Shown here piece after piece: positions 37,097 through 48,694 of a stretch of 64,000 nucleotides of DNA; position 1 is the first letter of the stretch; the number at the start of each line of letters is the position of its first letter. Where the stretch lies: NCBI GenBank assembly GCA_010015805.1, contig ML978122.1, forward strand, positions 2,328,453 to 2,392,452, given 5' to 3'. The DNA is from Rhizodiscina lignyota. Lineage: Eukaryota. The notes beneath the pieces were generated by a model. It was not told the origin of the DNA, made no database searches, and saw only the letters and a program-made list of their open reading frames with translations. The translations under genes and the position numbers were made by a program.

Positions 37097-38042
37097 TTAA
37101 AGAAGTTGTCCAGCTGCCTCCTCGTTTCCGGGCGTTGCAGAACGCTTCGAGTAATATTCAGCAAGTAGGTCATTGCAGTTGTCCACATTTTCGGCGGGCT
37201 CCCATGTGCGCTCGTCTGACTCCCAATGGACAAAATAATACAAGGCCGTCCGGCTCCCTTCTATACGAATGTCCGAATCAAGAATAGCCCGTACACCATA
37301 AGCCGGGGGGGAGTCAGCTCTACACGTTCGCCGCAAGCGACCCTGACGCTTTGCTCTCTGATCATAGGGTTTCTGTCTCTGTGCGTGCCTGTTGTTGCTG
37401 GGTTTTGGTAGATGCTTCAGCCGTGGGTTCGCAGAAGCAACAATTTCTGATCCGTCATCCTGCAACGAATCATGTTGTGGTATTGGAGACGCGTGGACTG
37501 GGGCGTCATGGACGCTTAGTGAGTACGACTCGAGGCCCTCTTGCCATGAATGTAGTGACGGTGAAGGTGCGATTGCGCATAAGAAATCCTCAATACCCTC
37601 AATATACGGCGAAGAGATGAAGACTGGACTCGAGCTCTGTGTTCGGCTTCCTTCGGCGTTTGAGATGTTCGATGAGACTGCTGGCCGGAAGGAATAGTCA
37701 GAGCTGTCACCCATAGATGCGCTAGGAGGCTGTGTAGACGTAGGCGTATTTTGCGGTAATTTGGGTATCTCTGTGGCGTGGCAGACTGTGACGGTTGGAT
37801 CGCAGTGACGCTCCTCTTCCCTGTGTGCAGAGGTCGAAATGGCGACTGTCGTAGGGGTTGGAGCTGTCGGCTGGAAATGAACATTTTGAGGCCCCCCAAG
37901 AATATAACATTTGAAATCTTCGATCGCAACTCTTGCACTTCGTGATGGTACGTTCTCTGGAACAGGCCAGCCCACGTAATACCACGTCTGGCCACCCTCG
38001 TAGGTAATTTCATGGGAAACGAATTGAATTTGATTAGACATG
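37097..38042 (-). CDS. Chromodomain protein (C-terminal chromo)
   Basis: YGVRAILDS..YYFVHWESDERTWEPAENVDNCNDLLAEYY; likely start MSNQIQ. Confidence 0.85.
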
Positions 38043-38378
38043 GCTAGGTAATGAATTGTCAAGGCCTTTAACTTTAACATGTAGATTATAGCTAATCGCA
38101 ATATATAGTCCTCGCAATGGAAAAAGTACCTCCAGAGGACGATTTTACTGTCCGACGCTAAGCCTTTTTTTCGCCCAGCATAACCGCTGCAGAAGGCCTG
38201 TCGCCGGCGCCTATCTTCTCTACGAATTACTCTTCGGTAGTGTTCGATGTTCATAAACGCTGTCGGGCTCTCTTACTAGCTAGAGACAGTGCCTATATCC
38301 GTGTACCTGTATCCGTACACCTGGTACTCCGTAGGCGCCTTGAACTTGGCGCCCTAGCTTTGACGCTAACCCTTTTTC

Positions 38379-38700
38379 TGTTCAGTCCGCAAGTTTCCAG
38401 CTCCAGGTTTTCAGCTCCAGGTTTTAAGCTCCAGGATAACGTATAATTTAGCGCGTGTACCTGAAATCTGAAATATAGGGGGGTATTTAGCTAGACTTCA
38501 GGTGCAGGGAGCCGGGCGTTAAAAACCGTGAGAAACGGGCTGGCCAGTACTGGAGAATAGCCTTCTAGCCGGTTCCAGCTCTAGGTTTTACTTTATTTAG
38601 AAACCAGGCGCGCTCTTAGTACTGTACAGGTCTTCAGACCCAGCTCTAGCGCAAGCTCGAAGTTTAGGGCTTTATAGGGCTAGAAACTTGAGACTGAACA
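38379..38700. mobile_element. MITE-like element, copy 2 (inverted)
   Basis: TGTTCAGTC...GACTGAACA ends; shared blocks ccgtgagaaacgggc and ttatttagaaa..aggcgcgctcttag. Confidence 0.65.
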
Positions 38701-38954
38701 TAACTTTAGCCGCCTAATATATCCAAGAAGCTGGATCTGAACGATGAGATGCCAAGTTCCAACCTTCAAGATCACAGAGAAGCGGCTATGATATGATAAT
38801 AGTTACAGAATTAGCGGCTCGAAATTCCAAGAATCTAAGAAAGTTAAGCGTTCGTCCTGTAGCTATATAAGATGACGCGATCCGAACGAAAACTTATAAT
38901 TTCTAAAGAACTATTTCTCCTTTAAAACTACACTATCTACTTCCTCCTATCGAA

Positions 38955-39446
38955 ATGTACTTCTCTTCCGTTATTGCTCTTTCCCTCGCTAGCGGTTTTG
39001 CTACTGCAATCTGTGGTCTAGAACCATTTCAGTTCGGAATTACTGTACAAGTATCAGACCCGAATGGACTACCTGAGTGTAAGTCTCTAAACTTCAGAAA
39101 ATATCTGTTCTAAAACTATGTAGGGTTCGTTTTTACCCAGGACTGTGAAGAGCATGAGAGCTACAACTCCCAGGGTGGCTTTACTGGTAACCCATGCGAT
39201 TCTGGCTTTTTCACCTGTACGCCCGAGCCGATCACATTTGATGGATATCTCGAGCCGTACAATAACAAATGGTATGCTCCCAGAATTAGTAGTAATCATG
39301 GATAGCAAATTAACGTAAATTAATAGGCTGTCCTGTTATCCGGACCCTGATACTGATGTGTGTGGGGGCCACCAGATCTCTGTTTGCGTAAGTTTTCGTA
39401 ACAACCTAAGGTATATAAACTAATTATTATATACTAGTGCCATTGA
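38955..39446 (+). CDS. Small secreted cysteine-rich protein (effector-like), 4 exons
   Basis: MYFSSVIALSLASGFATA signal; three GT-AG introns give an open ~110-aa product with 8 Cys ending ISVC|CH*. Not in the ORF track. Confidence 0.8.
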
Positions 39447-39772
39447 GAGGCGCTAGTTGGGAGCGAGTTAGGGGATATCAGTTTTCGAATGTATTTTTAT
39501 ATATTCAGTCTCGCTATTAGCTACTTAGATCTTCGTACTCTTCTATGTACCCGCGGTTATCTAGATAAGAGCGAGATTATTGTATCTGACGCTGGAGTGC
39601 TATTTAGTAAATCGGCACTAAAAGGTGTGCATTTATATTAGTTCGAAAACTGTGGATCGGGTTTTGTTTCTTGACTTTGGGAAGGCGGGATCTTGGACTC
39701 AGATATTGAGAAGCAGGGTCTACGTATCTGTAGATGATGTGTGCAGTCTGTTTCGCGCTGGCTATCGTTTCC

Positions 39773-41470
39773 TTACACACGCAAATGCGCTCCGTCCAGA
39801 GTCTCCTCAATTTTAAGACAATCAATAAGTCCACCGGCAATCCGTAAACTGCCTGTTGCAAAGACTTTCACAATCTGGCCCTTCCCAACCCGTAGCACAA
39901 TTTCCATGGCTTCTTCAATTGTTCGCCTTACATGCACTACCGTATTCTGGTCAAGATCCTTCCTCCAGAAGGCTGCATTTTCGTTTTGACCAACGAGACG
40001 CTCTATTCGCCGAATATCCTTGTTTAGGTCAACAAGGTCTGCGGTTCAGTTAGATACGTTCAGAGGTGTTACCGGAGCCAGATCCTTACCTAACTGATTT
40101 ACGTCAGAGGCTCGGACGGCATTCGTGCAAAATATGGCATGGGAGAAGTGTAGATCGTACTTATACACAACGCGGTGGATAGTACGGAGCAATTGACGAA
40201 CATCACGGACCGATTCCTGGTTGAAGATCAGTACGACCTGATACGAGTCCCTGAAAAGTGTAAGCGACGTGCCATTAGTATATTTAAAAGAGGTCTTCAC
40301 CAAGCTTCTTTTTCCTTGACCAGCTGTGCAAACCACTCGGAAGAGACTTCAAGGGCACCTTCATTATGGCCTCCGTCGATACACCAAGTGATGTCTCCTT
40401 GGACAAGTTTATGGAAACGGCCTGGCAACTGCGCATGTTCCGCAATGCGAACTAACTCTTCTTCATCTAGCTCTAAGCTTCGCCCAAAGCTGCTCAAGAA
40501 CCTCTCGACACTAATGATACCAGCCGAAGCATTTCGAAGTTGTATTTCGTTCATCGAAGAGCCTTGAAGAGCTTTATGAATACCAACAAAGTCTAGGTGG
40601 ACGTCCTTCTCCTCAGCTCTTTGTCTAAGTGTATCTTCAACAACTTTCTTTTGCTGTACCGAGATCGCAGGACATTGCGGTTTAAAAATCCCAGACTTGT
40701 GTTGTGATATTTCTTCAAGAGTGTCTCCCAAAGATATTGTGTGATCCCTACTAATCTCAGAGATCACCGTCACCTTTGGCTGGTCAAAGACGTTAGTGGA
40801 GTCGAACTTTCCGCCGATTCCGGTCTCAATAATAGCGGCGTCCACGCCCACACTGTCGAAAAGATGTAATGCTACTAAGGTCAAAAACCGCGCGTAGGAG
40901 GGGAACTCAGCGAGGGGGACCTCAGACGCCTCGAGCTTCTGGTAGACTTCGAAGAAGCATTTCGCGAACATGTCTTCGCTGATGATCGTTCCATTAACCC
41001 TGAACCGTTCACAAACTGAGCTGAGATGAGGTGAAGTATATAAGCCGATAGCAGTGGGCCATCCATATATATCGCGGTAGCAATTCAACAAGTGATTCGC
41101 AACAGCGCATACACTTCCTTTGCCATTCGTCCCAGCACAGTGTATAGCGTTCATACGATCCAAGTGCGATGGCTATAAGGAGGTTAGAAATCGAGAGAGC
41201 ATATAGTAAGCTAAAATACCGTGAGCCCGCAAGCATGATGAAGCAAATATTTGAAATCGTCCAAGTTCTTCCTGCGCCGTTGGTATTTTCCCGCCCTATC
41301 CGCATCCGATCGCAGCTTCTGTAACGAGGAGAATCCTGTTTGAAGCTGATTCAGGAGTACCAGGGCATCCTATGAGTTATGAGTAAACCATCTTACAACG
41401 TTGCGTGGGTACAGACTTTATAGCTACGTTGTGATCCCGACAATGGGGTAAGGAGGGGAGCTCGAAACAT
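39773..41470 (-). CDS. Folylpolyglutamate synthase (FolC/Met7 family), multi-exon
   Basis: IHCAGTNGKGS, GLYTSPHL..ERF, ETGIGGKFDSTN, LPGRF, IDGGHN, VFATGSL. Confidence 0.93.
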
Positions 41471-42438
41471 CTGCCTGTTGAATGTATGGCCGAAGTTCGA
41501 TACTGTTGGAAAAGTGAGAATGTTGATTCGAGTATCAACTGGACAGAAGGATACGATGCTAGGAGCCCTGCGATGAGTTTTTCACAGCGAACGAGAGTCG
41601 GGCGGCGTGCGGTAAATACCGTTAAAGCTGGGCTAAAGGAGGCCTCCCTCGTGCCGAGGTCGTTTTGTCAGCGCTGTCCGCTGTGGGATATTACGAAGTC
41701 TCCGCCACACTGCCTGGGGGGCCTGACACAGGTCACACACTCTCTCATTAATCAGAGGTAAAACAAAAAAATGGTGGCGGGCGAAGTAGGTTACTTCCGC
41801 TGATGGTTTATTTGACTAAGTAAAGATTTCCTTTCCATAGTGAGCCCGTTTTCGCTCGTTGGCTTCCTATACACTTCTCGCATCCTCCTGAATTGTGGCG
41901 CCGCTGACAAGGTTCTCATAGCGCCGGTTGTCGACCTTGTACCTTATATATCCCGCGCAAAGTCCGATGCAAAGAATGATCAGTCCCGAAAGGATGAGTG
42001 CAACGGTGATGGCTGGGCCCGATAAATCCTTAGGAGGAGTGGCTAATGTTGTCTATTGTCCAACGTATGTTAGCCGCAATATCAGTTATATTAACATGTA
42101 GACATACGTTAACAGCCGGTTGTGACATCATGAACAGTGTTGTTTGCATTCAAAATGTGCAATTCTGAGTTTAAAGCGACACTTTAAGAGAAAGCGTCCT
42201 CATTTTCTCAACGCGAGTCGCTGTTCCTGATTCCTGGTTCCTCGCACTTGGGTTCAAAGCACCAAAACCCAAGCACCAGACCTCAAACCCCAAAATCATG
42301 CCTGCAGCGCGCTTAACTTTAACCTACGATAGGACGATTATTTCTGGCAATGTTGTGAGGAAAGGCATGGTTAAAAGGTTTATATCATACGAAGTGCGCA
42401 GTTGGTACTATCTCCCCAAGTGTGACGAACATCTTAAG

Positions 42439-43167
42439 ATGGACAACAATACGTTATCCCATCACGCTGTTCCTCCTCTCTCTTTTCAATGTATCGCACC
42501 AGATGGCTACAAGTGGAACTTCATAATGTGGCTAGACCCGAACTAATCTGCTGATTCTACTTCTCTCAATCAGGAGCAACAATGCGATTTTGAACAGTTC
42601 ACACAGGGTCTCCAGCAAGCCGCTAATCAGACAAAATTCAAAGAATCGGCTATTCGGATGCGTTTTTGGCTTATCCAACAACCCTAGGCCTAGGCATTCA
42701 TTCAATCAACTCGGCGGAATTGGACGAGCTGTTTACAGAGAGCAACAACTCCGAAGGGAGATTGTCGGTTCCTTGTGGTCCCGCAACCCCACCGGACACC
42801 AACGTTTCCCCCTCTTACACCCAAAGCACAGCTGTCAATTTCACGCCCAAACAGCACCGAAGGCGCATCTACCGCTGAAGGGGCCGAAGCTCCCGTATCG
42901 ACGACTGACCGTGATGGAATGGGAAGTAAAAGCAATTCTAGGATCTCGCGTAGGAAAGGATATACAGACAGAGAGCTTATTTTACCGTATACTATGGGAA
43001 GGTGGAGAGACACTTGGGAAGCGGCCGAAAACTTAACTAATTCTGATATATCGCTGGCTGAGTATCATGAGAAGAACCTCCAAGCTCCTGCTCGACGTTT
43101 ATTTCCGCTACGGCCATTTGAAGATAGTCTATTCAGCGAGTGGCTAAGCTCGTGGTCGAGATCGTAG
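42439..43167 (+). pseudogene. Chromodomain gene pseudogene
   Basis: Stop at 42544 and several frameshifts; chromo split across frames: WEVKAILGS..FYRILWEGG / DTWEAAENLTNSDISLAEYH. Confidence 0.75.
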
Positions 43168-43968
43168 ATAACTATCTCGACTTTTCGTGTTATTGCTATT
43201 TCTACTTAAGGCTAAGGTCAGGCGCCGCGCATTGCTCCTTCATTGTTACCCAGTCCATGATTGTGGGTGTTGGGCACGTGACTGATTGGAGGGATTTGCG
43301 CAACGGTCAATGTGTCCCTCCTGTGCTACTAATGGAATTGTTTTCTTCGCTGCTTAATTCCATAAAGACACTCTCCCCCTATTTGATGATTTGATTAGAA
43401 GGCAGTGTATAAGGCGTTGTGCGTTCGAAGGTAGGCCCAGTGGAGGAGAAGATAGCGGCCGGAGTGCGTACAGAGAGCGTTGACGTAGTTCGCTGATAGC
43501 GGCGCCGAAATTTGAAAGTCCAGCCAAGCCTGTGGCTGGTAGACATGTGACTTCAGCCATCTGGGCGAGAACGGCTAGATGTAAAAAGACCTCCGCTGAC
43601 TAATATTCATCGCGACAACAAATCTCTGCTACGAATCTATTATCTTGAGTCTGAAGCCGTTTAATCATCAAATTTTCTATACCTTTTTGGCCGTTATCAG
43701 CAGCTCACCAACGGCACCAAATACGAGTATTTAAGATACCTGCGCTGCGGTTAAGGTTTTTCCCCTCTCTCCAAGCTACTCAGCTGCTTTGCTTTGTGGA
43801 TCGCTAACGTCGCCCCAGCCAACAGGTCTATCGAGTCACTATCGTACGAACGGCCTCCCAGTCGACGGCTAATACGAGTGAACGTCGGAACAACGTTTCA
43901 TCTACGACCGCCCACACGTCCGATGAAAAGCACTGAAGTCCTGTACTGCCGAAAACCGCGTCTCTCCT

Positions 43969-44712
43969 ATGCCCTCTATCTCGCAACAAACTATTATATC
44001 CGTTGGTATCTTCGCTGTTGTACATCGGCTCAATGACACAACGGTGAGAAAGTTGCCTCGAACCGATGATCTAGAAAACCTAGCTGGAAACATCCAAGCC
44101 ACGCGTAATGAGGCATACATCTATACCCTACTCGGAGATGACCCGCTTATTGCGAATTGTCTATCGCGCAGTAAAACCGAGGACTATGTCGATCTCCAAT
44201 ATTATGCGAACGGCACGCTTCCAGACTACATTGACAAGAATAAAAACAATATATCAGACAAACTCCGGGCACAATGGAGCTGGCAGGTTATTAAAGCGGT
44301 AGCGCGAATTCACGAGCTTGGGATTATTCACGGAGATCTTGCCTTGAGGCAGTATTTGCTTGATGACAGTCTTAACGCTCGCCTGAGCGACTTTTGCGGC
44401 TCCGGATATCCTGGACAGAGGGCACTGGCTATCGAAGGCTCTAGTCACTGCTTACCAAGAGACTTTGATCGACCTAGCACAACAGAATCAGACCTGTTTG
44501 CACTCGGGTCTACCCTCTATGAGCTTTGGTCTGGCGAAACTCCCTTCTGCACGCTCAACGATCAGGAGATTGAGACACGTTATATGCAAGCGGACTTCGC
44601 TGATGTTACAGGCATTCACTGCGGTCATATCATCCTTTGTTGTTGGAGGCGAGAGTTCTCATCTGCAGACGAAGTGCTTTCCCAGTACAACAAATTGTCA
44701 TTAGACCTTTAA
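43969..44712 (+). CDS. Minimal protein kinase
   Basis: SVGIFAVV, VRKLP, HGDLALRQYLL, DFCGS, SDLFALGSTLYE. Confidence 0.9.
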   Translation: MPSISQQTIISVGIFAVVHRLNDTTVRKLPRTDDLENLAGNIQATRNEAYIYTLLGDDPLIANCLSRSKTEDYVDLQYYANGTLPDYIDKNKNNISDKLRAQWSWQVIKAVARIHELGIIHGDLALRQYLLDDSLNARLSDFCGSGYPGQRALAIEGSSHCLPRDFDRPSTTESDLFALGSTLYELWSGETPFCTLNDQEIETRYMQADFADVTGIHCGHIILCCWRREFSSADEVLSQYNKLSLDL

Positions 44713-44819
44713 ATCATCACTAAGCTAGGAGGACCGCGACAATGAACTAACTACCTTCAACCAAATTACATTCTTGAGTTGCCAGCGATCCCCTCAATCC
44801 CCCCCACCCCCAGAGCCCC

Positions 44820-45026
44820 CTACGTCGAGTGACTATGTCCTGGCCGTGGCCCGGCCCTCCTAGAAGACCCAGCCGTACGGAGTAAGTAGTTTGGACACTC
44901 CTGAATGTTGCCGTTGGCAGGCTTGCTTGGACATGGAGGCCCTGGTGTCCGGTCGACCTTGTTACAGTCTGGATTCTTACAACCACCACCTTGGTAGATG
45001 ATCGTGGTCTCGTATTCGACGCACAT
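44820..45026 (-). CDS. Small Cys-rich intracellular protein
   Basis: MCVEY..CKNPDC..CP..ECP; 5'UTR intron-like signals (CTAAC..CAG) just upstream; convergent with the kinase. Confidence 0.55.
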   Translation of the reverse strand: MCVEYETTIIYQGGGCKNPDCNKVDRTPGPPCPSKPANGNIQECPNYLLRTAGSSRRAGPRPGHSHST

Positions 45027-45776
45027 GATGCTGTGCTACCTGAAAATTGTTAGAAAGTCGCTATCTGCTGGTTTCCCGATGCTCACTACCAGTACGGTTC
45101 GGATTCGTAGAAGGGAAATTCTCTGTCTCACGATTGAGGACTGTGTGCGCTTATGACGTTGATGTTCGAATTGCCTCAGCTCGGTATGGACGTGAGTTAT
45201 GATAGAGCGGCGCCTGAGTAGAAGCAGGAATGGTCGGAAACCGACCTCATATCTTATCCTCTGTATGTGGGATAGATAGGCCTGCGGCCAATCGCTGCTT
45301 GCAACGTGTTTCTGCACGATATGCGGCCTGGACAAACTATCATGAACTCACAAAATCATGGTGTATGTAGGAGATGCATTAGCGGTTGATGCAAGACATT
45401 CGGCTAAGTGCGTTTCCGTTAGCGACGCAGATGACACTTTCCTATTTGCCCATTGAGGAGAAGTGCTCCCACGAAACGCTGATCGTCGACCGGCGAACAT
45501 CATTATCCTGGATGCTTGGGCACTCGTGCTTCGACGCATTCTCAGATTAACTCGAGTTATACCGCGTACGAGCACGTCCGGCGGACCATAAGGCTTGATC
45601 GGGACGCGACGATGAACAACAGCACTGTAGTTAAACTTAACAATATATGCTCACAGCTCTATTATACAAGGAGAAATGTCACATCTGCCCAGCCTCGCTA
45701 CACCTCATTTGGAAGACCGAATGCAAATTGCGCTGAGTCAAGTTATACAAGTAAACGCTTGATTGTCTAGTCAGAG

Positions 45777-48524
45777 TTAGCGCTGGATCGGGTAGGAAAG
45801 ACCGCGACGTACCTTCAGATTCGCTTTAAATCTTTTGATAACATCTTCACCGCCGAGCTCATCAATTTGCCCCTGTTTGGCTGCATCAGCGAAGAGCGTT
45901 TCAACAGCCGCAACGTATTGAGGCGCTGTATCCTTCATATCCTCGTTTGTAGTATTTGGATGAGTTAGTTCTTCGCACATTACTTCGCTCCACCGGTCAG
46001 TATCGGACCAGAATAGGATATGGCCAGCGATCGCAAGAGTCTGAGTATTGTCGTCTCTGAAAACACAGTGCACCAGGCCGGAGGGTATCAAGATAGTCTG
46101 ACCACGATGTAGTATTTTATACCGCCACTCTCCGCCCGTGAAACCGTAGGGGTCATCCATCCATTCCTTGAGGACTTGCTCTGTCGGGCGTGACAACCAC
46201 GCAAAGCCTATCTGGCCCTCTTGTGCAGTGATCCACGTGGCAAGTGCGTTTGCATCTCGGTGGGGTCCGGTGTTGTATCCAAACGCTAATAACAGAAACT
46301 CAAGTACTTCCATCCATTCATTCCATATCTCGGTCGATGCTTTCGGCCGCTCGACAGAATCGCCGGCTAAAATAATATCGCGCATGCGATGCAAAAGCTG
46401 AGGATTTTCGCCCATTAAAAAGCTCGGGAATACAGATGGAAGAGGACTCTGGACGTCGAGGAGGTTGTAGGTGTCCTTGACAGGGCGCTGCTTTCTGAGG
46501 AATAGCTCTAGTACATCCTGAAGTGCCCACGGCTTAGCCGAATGTTCAGACACTCTTCGGGAAGATACCTGAACAGACACAGTTCGACGAAGCTTGTATG
46601 AGATGCGGCGGAGGAGTTGCTCTATAGGTCGAGACCCCGTAGCCCATTGAAAATTTTGCCGATCTTCGGTGAAAAGTGGGATGTCAAGTCCGCCTTTGTC
46701 CACAGCAGCCTTAGCTTCATCAGGGCCACAGATCAATGCTTCGTCTGCCTGAGGAGATCGGCTCTTCGTTAAGATTTCAAGGATCTGTTTGTCTGTCCTC
46801 TCACCATGAGAATTGTGCACCCTTTTGTGCTGCAGATTTTGCTTCAACTGAACAATGATTTGCTCGCGAAATGCATCGTCGGCACATTGTAGAAACGTAG
46901 GCGCATTTCTCAGAAATCCAGAAGGCCCCGGGCTTAGATACACTGGTCTTTGGCGCTTCGCTTCGGTTATATCCGACATTGAGCTTGAGCGTGGACGTTT
47001 ATGAGGTGCGTCTTCGGTACAGTTTGCTGAAAGGCGGGTTGTAGTTTGTATTCCTGTAGCAGACGCAACTTCCAACATTATGTTGGAAAAGAGAAGTAGA
47101 TGGTCACGACAGAGATAGACTCGCAGTTCTGCGTACTTTTTGGCAACCATTGCGCGATGAGAGTGGTCTTCGCTGTCGTTCAAGACAGATATAAAGGCAT
47201 CGGGAACCTGGCTGGGACAACATCGACCTTTGTCTATCTTACCACCTTTCTCCCTGGCTTTTGGCTTTCTCGCTCTTGTCCCTTCATCGTACGATGGTAG
47301 CGCCTTCTGTTGAGATCGCTTTGAGCGCCGTAAGGCTCGCTCTTCGTCTGTAACACCGGGATATGGGTATGCAATGGAACATTCTTCGTCATCCTCAACA
47401 TTCTCGTCACCGGGTTGCTTCGTGTCGCCAGCCCGCTCGTTGTCGCCAGCCCGCTCGTTGTCGCCAGCCCGCTCGTTGTCGCCAGTCCGTATTGTGTGAG
47501 TCGGCAAATGAGCGCCTTCCGTCTGATTCTCAGTTGTGTTGCCCATTCCCTCTACGCGTTCGGAATTCGAGCCTTCTTGCTGGCCAAGGTCCTGTATGGT
47601 ATGCTCCAACTCCGCATTTACCGGATCCGTAGTATCACTGAAGCTTGGAGCGTCATTCGATTTTGGTGGGCTATTGTCAGCCACTGGTGGCGGTGGATCG
47701 GGGGTTTTGGCAAACTGTTCACGTACGAGTACGCCAAACTTGTCGAAACCATAGCCTTTGGGGAGTTCGCCGCGCGTCAACTTCCGAAACGAAAGTTCTT
47801 TTTTCTCTGGATCTTTCGGCATAATGAACGAATCCGCACCATTCCAGTCTCTGACAGTGTGTAGGATATGCGGTTCAAGGGGATCGACTCCCATAGTGAC
47901 GTAGCGCGCTTGGGGAAGTTGCATCTTACGTCGTTGTACCTGGTTCGCCATGATGACAAAGTTCTCCCAATTGCGGACCTTGTTTGCAGTAGTGCAAAGC
48001 TCTTTACAGCGCTTAAGACCCCGATACACCCATCCATAATGCTTGATTTTGTCCCAGCCCCAAAATGTGCTAACTGTCTTGAGCACCGAGACAGACTCTA
48101 AGACGTACGTTGAGTTTTCCTCCAGAACACCAACGAAGCGGTTCCAATTTGCTTCATAATCTGCTGTTAGATTCTTTGGGCGACCTCCTTCATGCTTTCT
48201 TCTGTATTTGTAACCTTCACATTCCGCTGACATGACCTGGTCATATATCATGATTAACGTCACAGCGGCATCGTGACTTCGCACTAATTGGTCGAGCTTC
48301 TCTTCGCAGATCGTAACTTTCGCGATCTCTGTTTCGCACGCCCGGAGTCGCGCTACGAAGGTTTCCATTTCTTTCGTATCAGTATGGTTCAAAACTTCGG
48401 TAAAGCAGACGTCGAGCTCAGTTAACTGCTCGGGAGGGGAAGGGGGACAGGAGCGCGGCCGGCTACTGAGAAGAGAAGCAGACAATCCATTTTCACAACC
48501 CTCAGAAGGGCGGCCGTCATCCAT
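45777..48524 (-). CDS. JmjC/cupin domain protein (possible extra 3' exon)
   Basis: NLLDVQSP, GPHRDANALATW, IPSGLVHCV (HxD...H triad), TNED; 18-bp GDNERA repeats at about 47420-47485. Confidence 0.85.
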   Translation of the reverse strand: MDDGRPSEGCENGLSASLLSSRPRSCPPSPPEQLTELDVCFTEVLNHTDTKEMETFVARLRACETEIAKVTICEEKLDQLVRSHDAAVTLIMIYDQVMSAECEGYKYRRKHEGGRPKNLTADYEANWNRFVGVLEENSTYVLESVSVLKTVSTFWGWDKIKHYGWVYRGLKRCKELCTTANKVRNWENFVIMANQVQRRKMQLPQARYVTMGVDPLEPHILHTVRDWNGADSFIMPKDPEKKELSFRKLTRGELPKGYGFDKFGVLVREQFAKTPDPPPPVADNSPPKSNDAPSFSDTTDPVNAELEHTIQDLGQQEGSNSERVEGMGNTTENQTEGAHLPTHTIRTGDNERAGDNERAGDNERAGDTKQPGDENVEDDEECSIAYPYPGVTDEERALRRSKRSQQKALPSYDEGTRARKPKAREKGGKIDKGRCCPSQVPDAFISVLNDSEDHSHRAMVAKKYAELRVYLCRDHLLLFSNIMLEVASATGIQTTTRLSANCTEDAPHKRPRSSSMSDITEAKRQRPVYLSPGPSGFLRNAPTFLQCADDAFREQIIVQLKQNLQHKRVHNSHGERTDKQILEILTKSRSPQADEALICGPDEAKAAVDKGGLDIPLFTEDRQNFQWATGSRPIEQLLRRISYKLRRTVSVQVSSRRVSEHSAKPWALQDVLELFLRKQRPVKDTYNLLDVQSPLPSVFPSFLMGENPQLLHRMRDIILAGDSVERPKASTEIWNEWMEVLEFLLLAFGYNTGPHRDANALATWITAQEGQIGFAWLSRPTEQVLKEWMDDPYGFTGGEWRYKILHRGQTILIPSGLVHCVFRDDNTQTLAIAGHILFWSDTDRWSEVMCEELTHPNTTNEDMKDTAPQYVAAVETLFADAAKQGQIDELGGEDVIKRFKANLKVRRGLSYPIQR

Positions 48525-48638
48525 AGTAGCGGTGGTAAAAGAATGTAGGTATATGCTGACATTGTCTAATGTCCAATGCGGTCGAGTGTCAAGTTCTTAA
48601 CTGTTCAACCGGCGAAGTCGTGCATTGTGACAGGGTCG

Positions 48639-48694
48639 TGACGCTTTGACACAGGGAACAAAAACTAGTTTTTGTTCCCTGTGTCAAAGCGTCA
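48639..48694. repeat. Perfect 56-bp palindrome
   Basis: tgacgctttgacacagggaacaaaaact|agtttttgttccctgtgtcaaagcgtca. Confidence 0.97.

Noticed and set aside
41780..42130. Small membrane-protein-like fragment on the minus strand
   Set aside because: No consistent open spliced model could be built.
12776..43167. Chromodomains as chromoviral (Gypsy) integrase remnants
   Set aside because: No RT, RNase H, integrase core or LTRs nearby.
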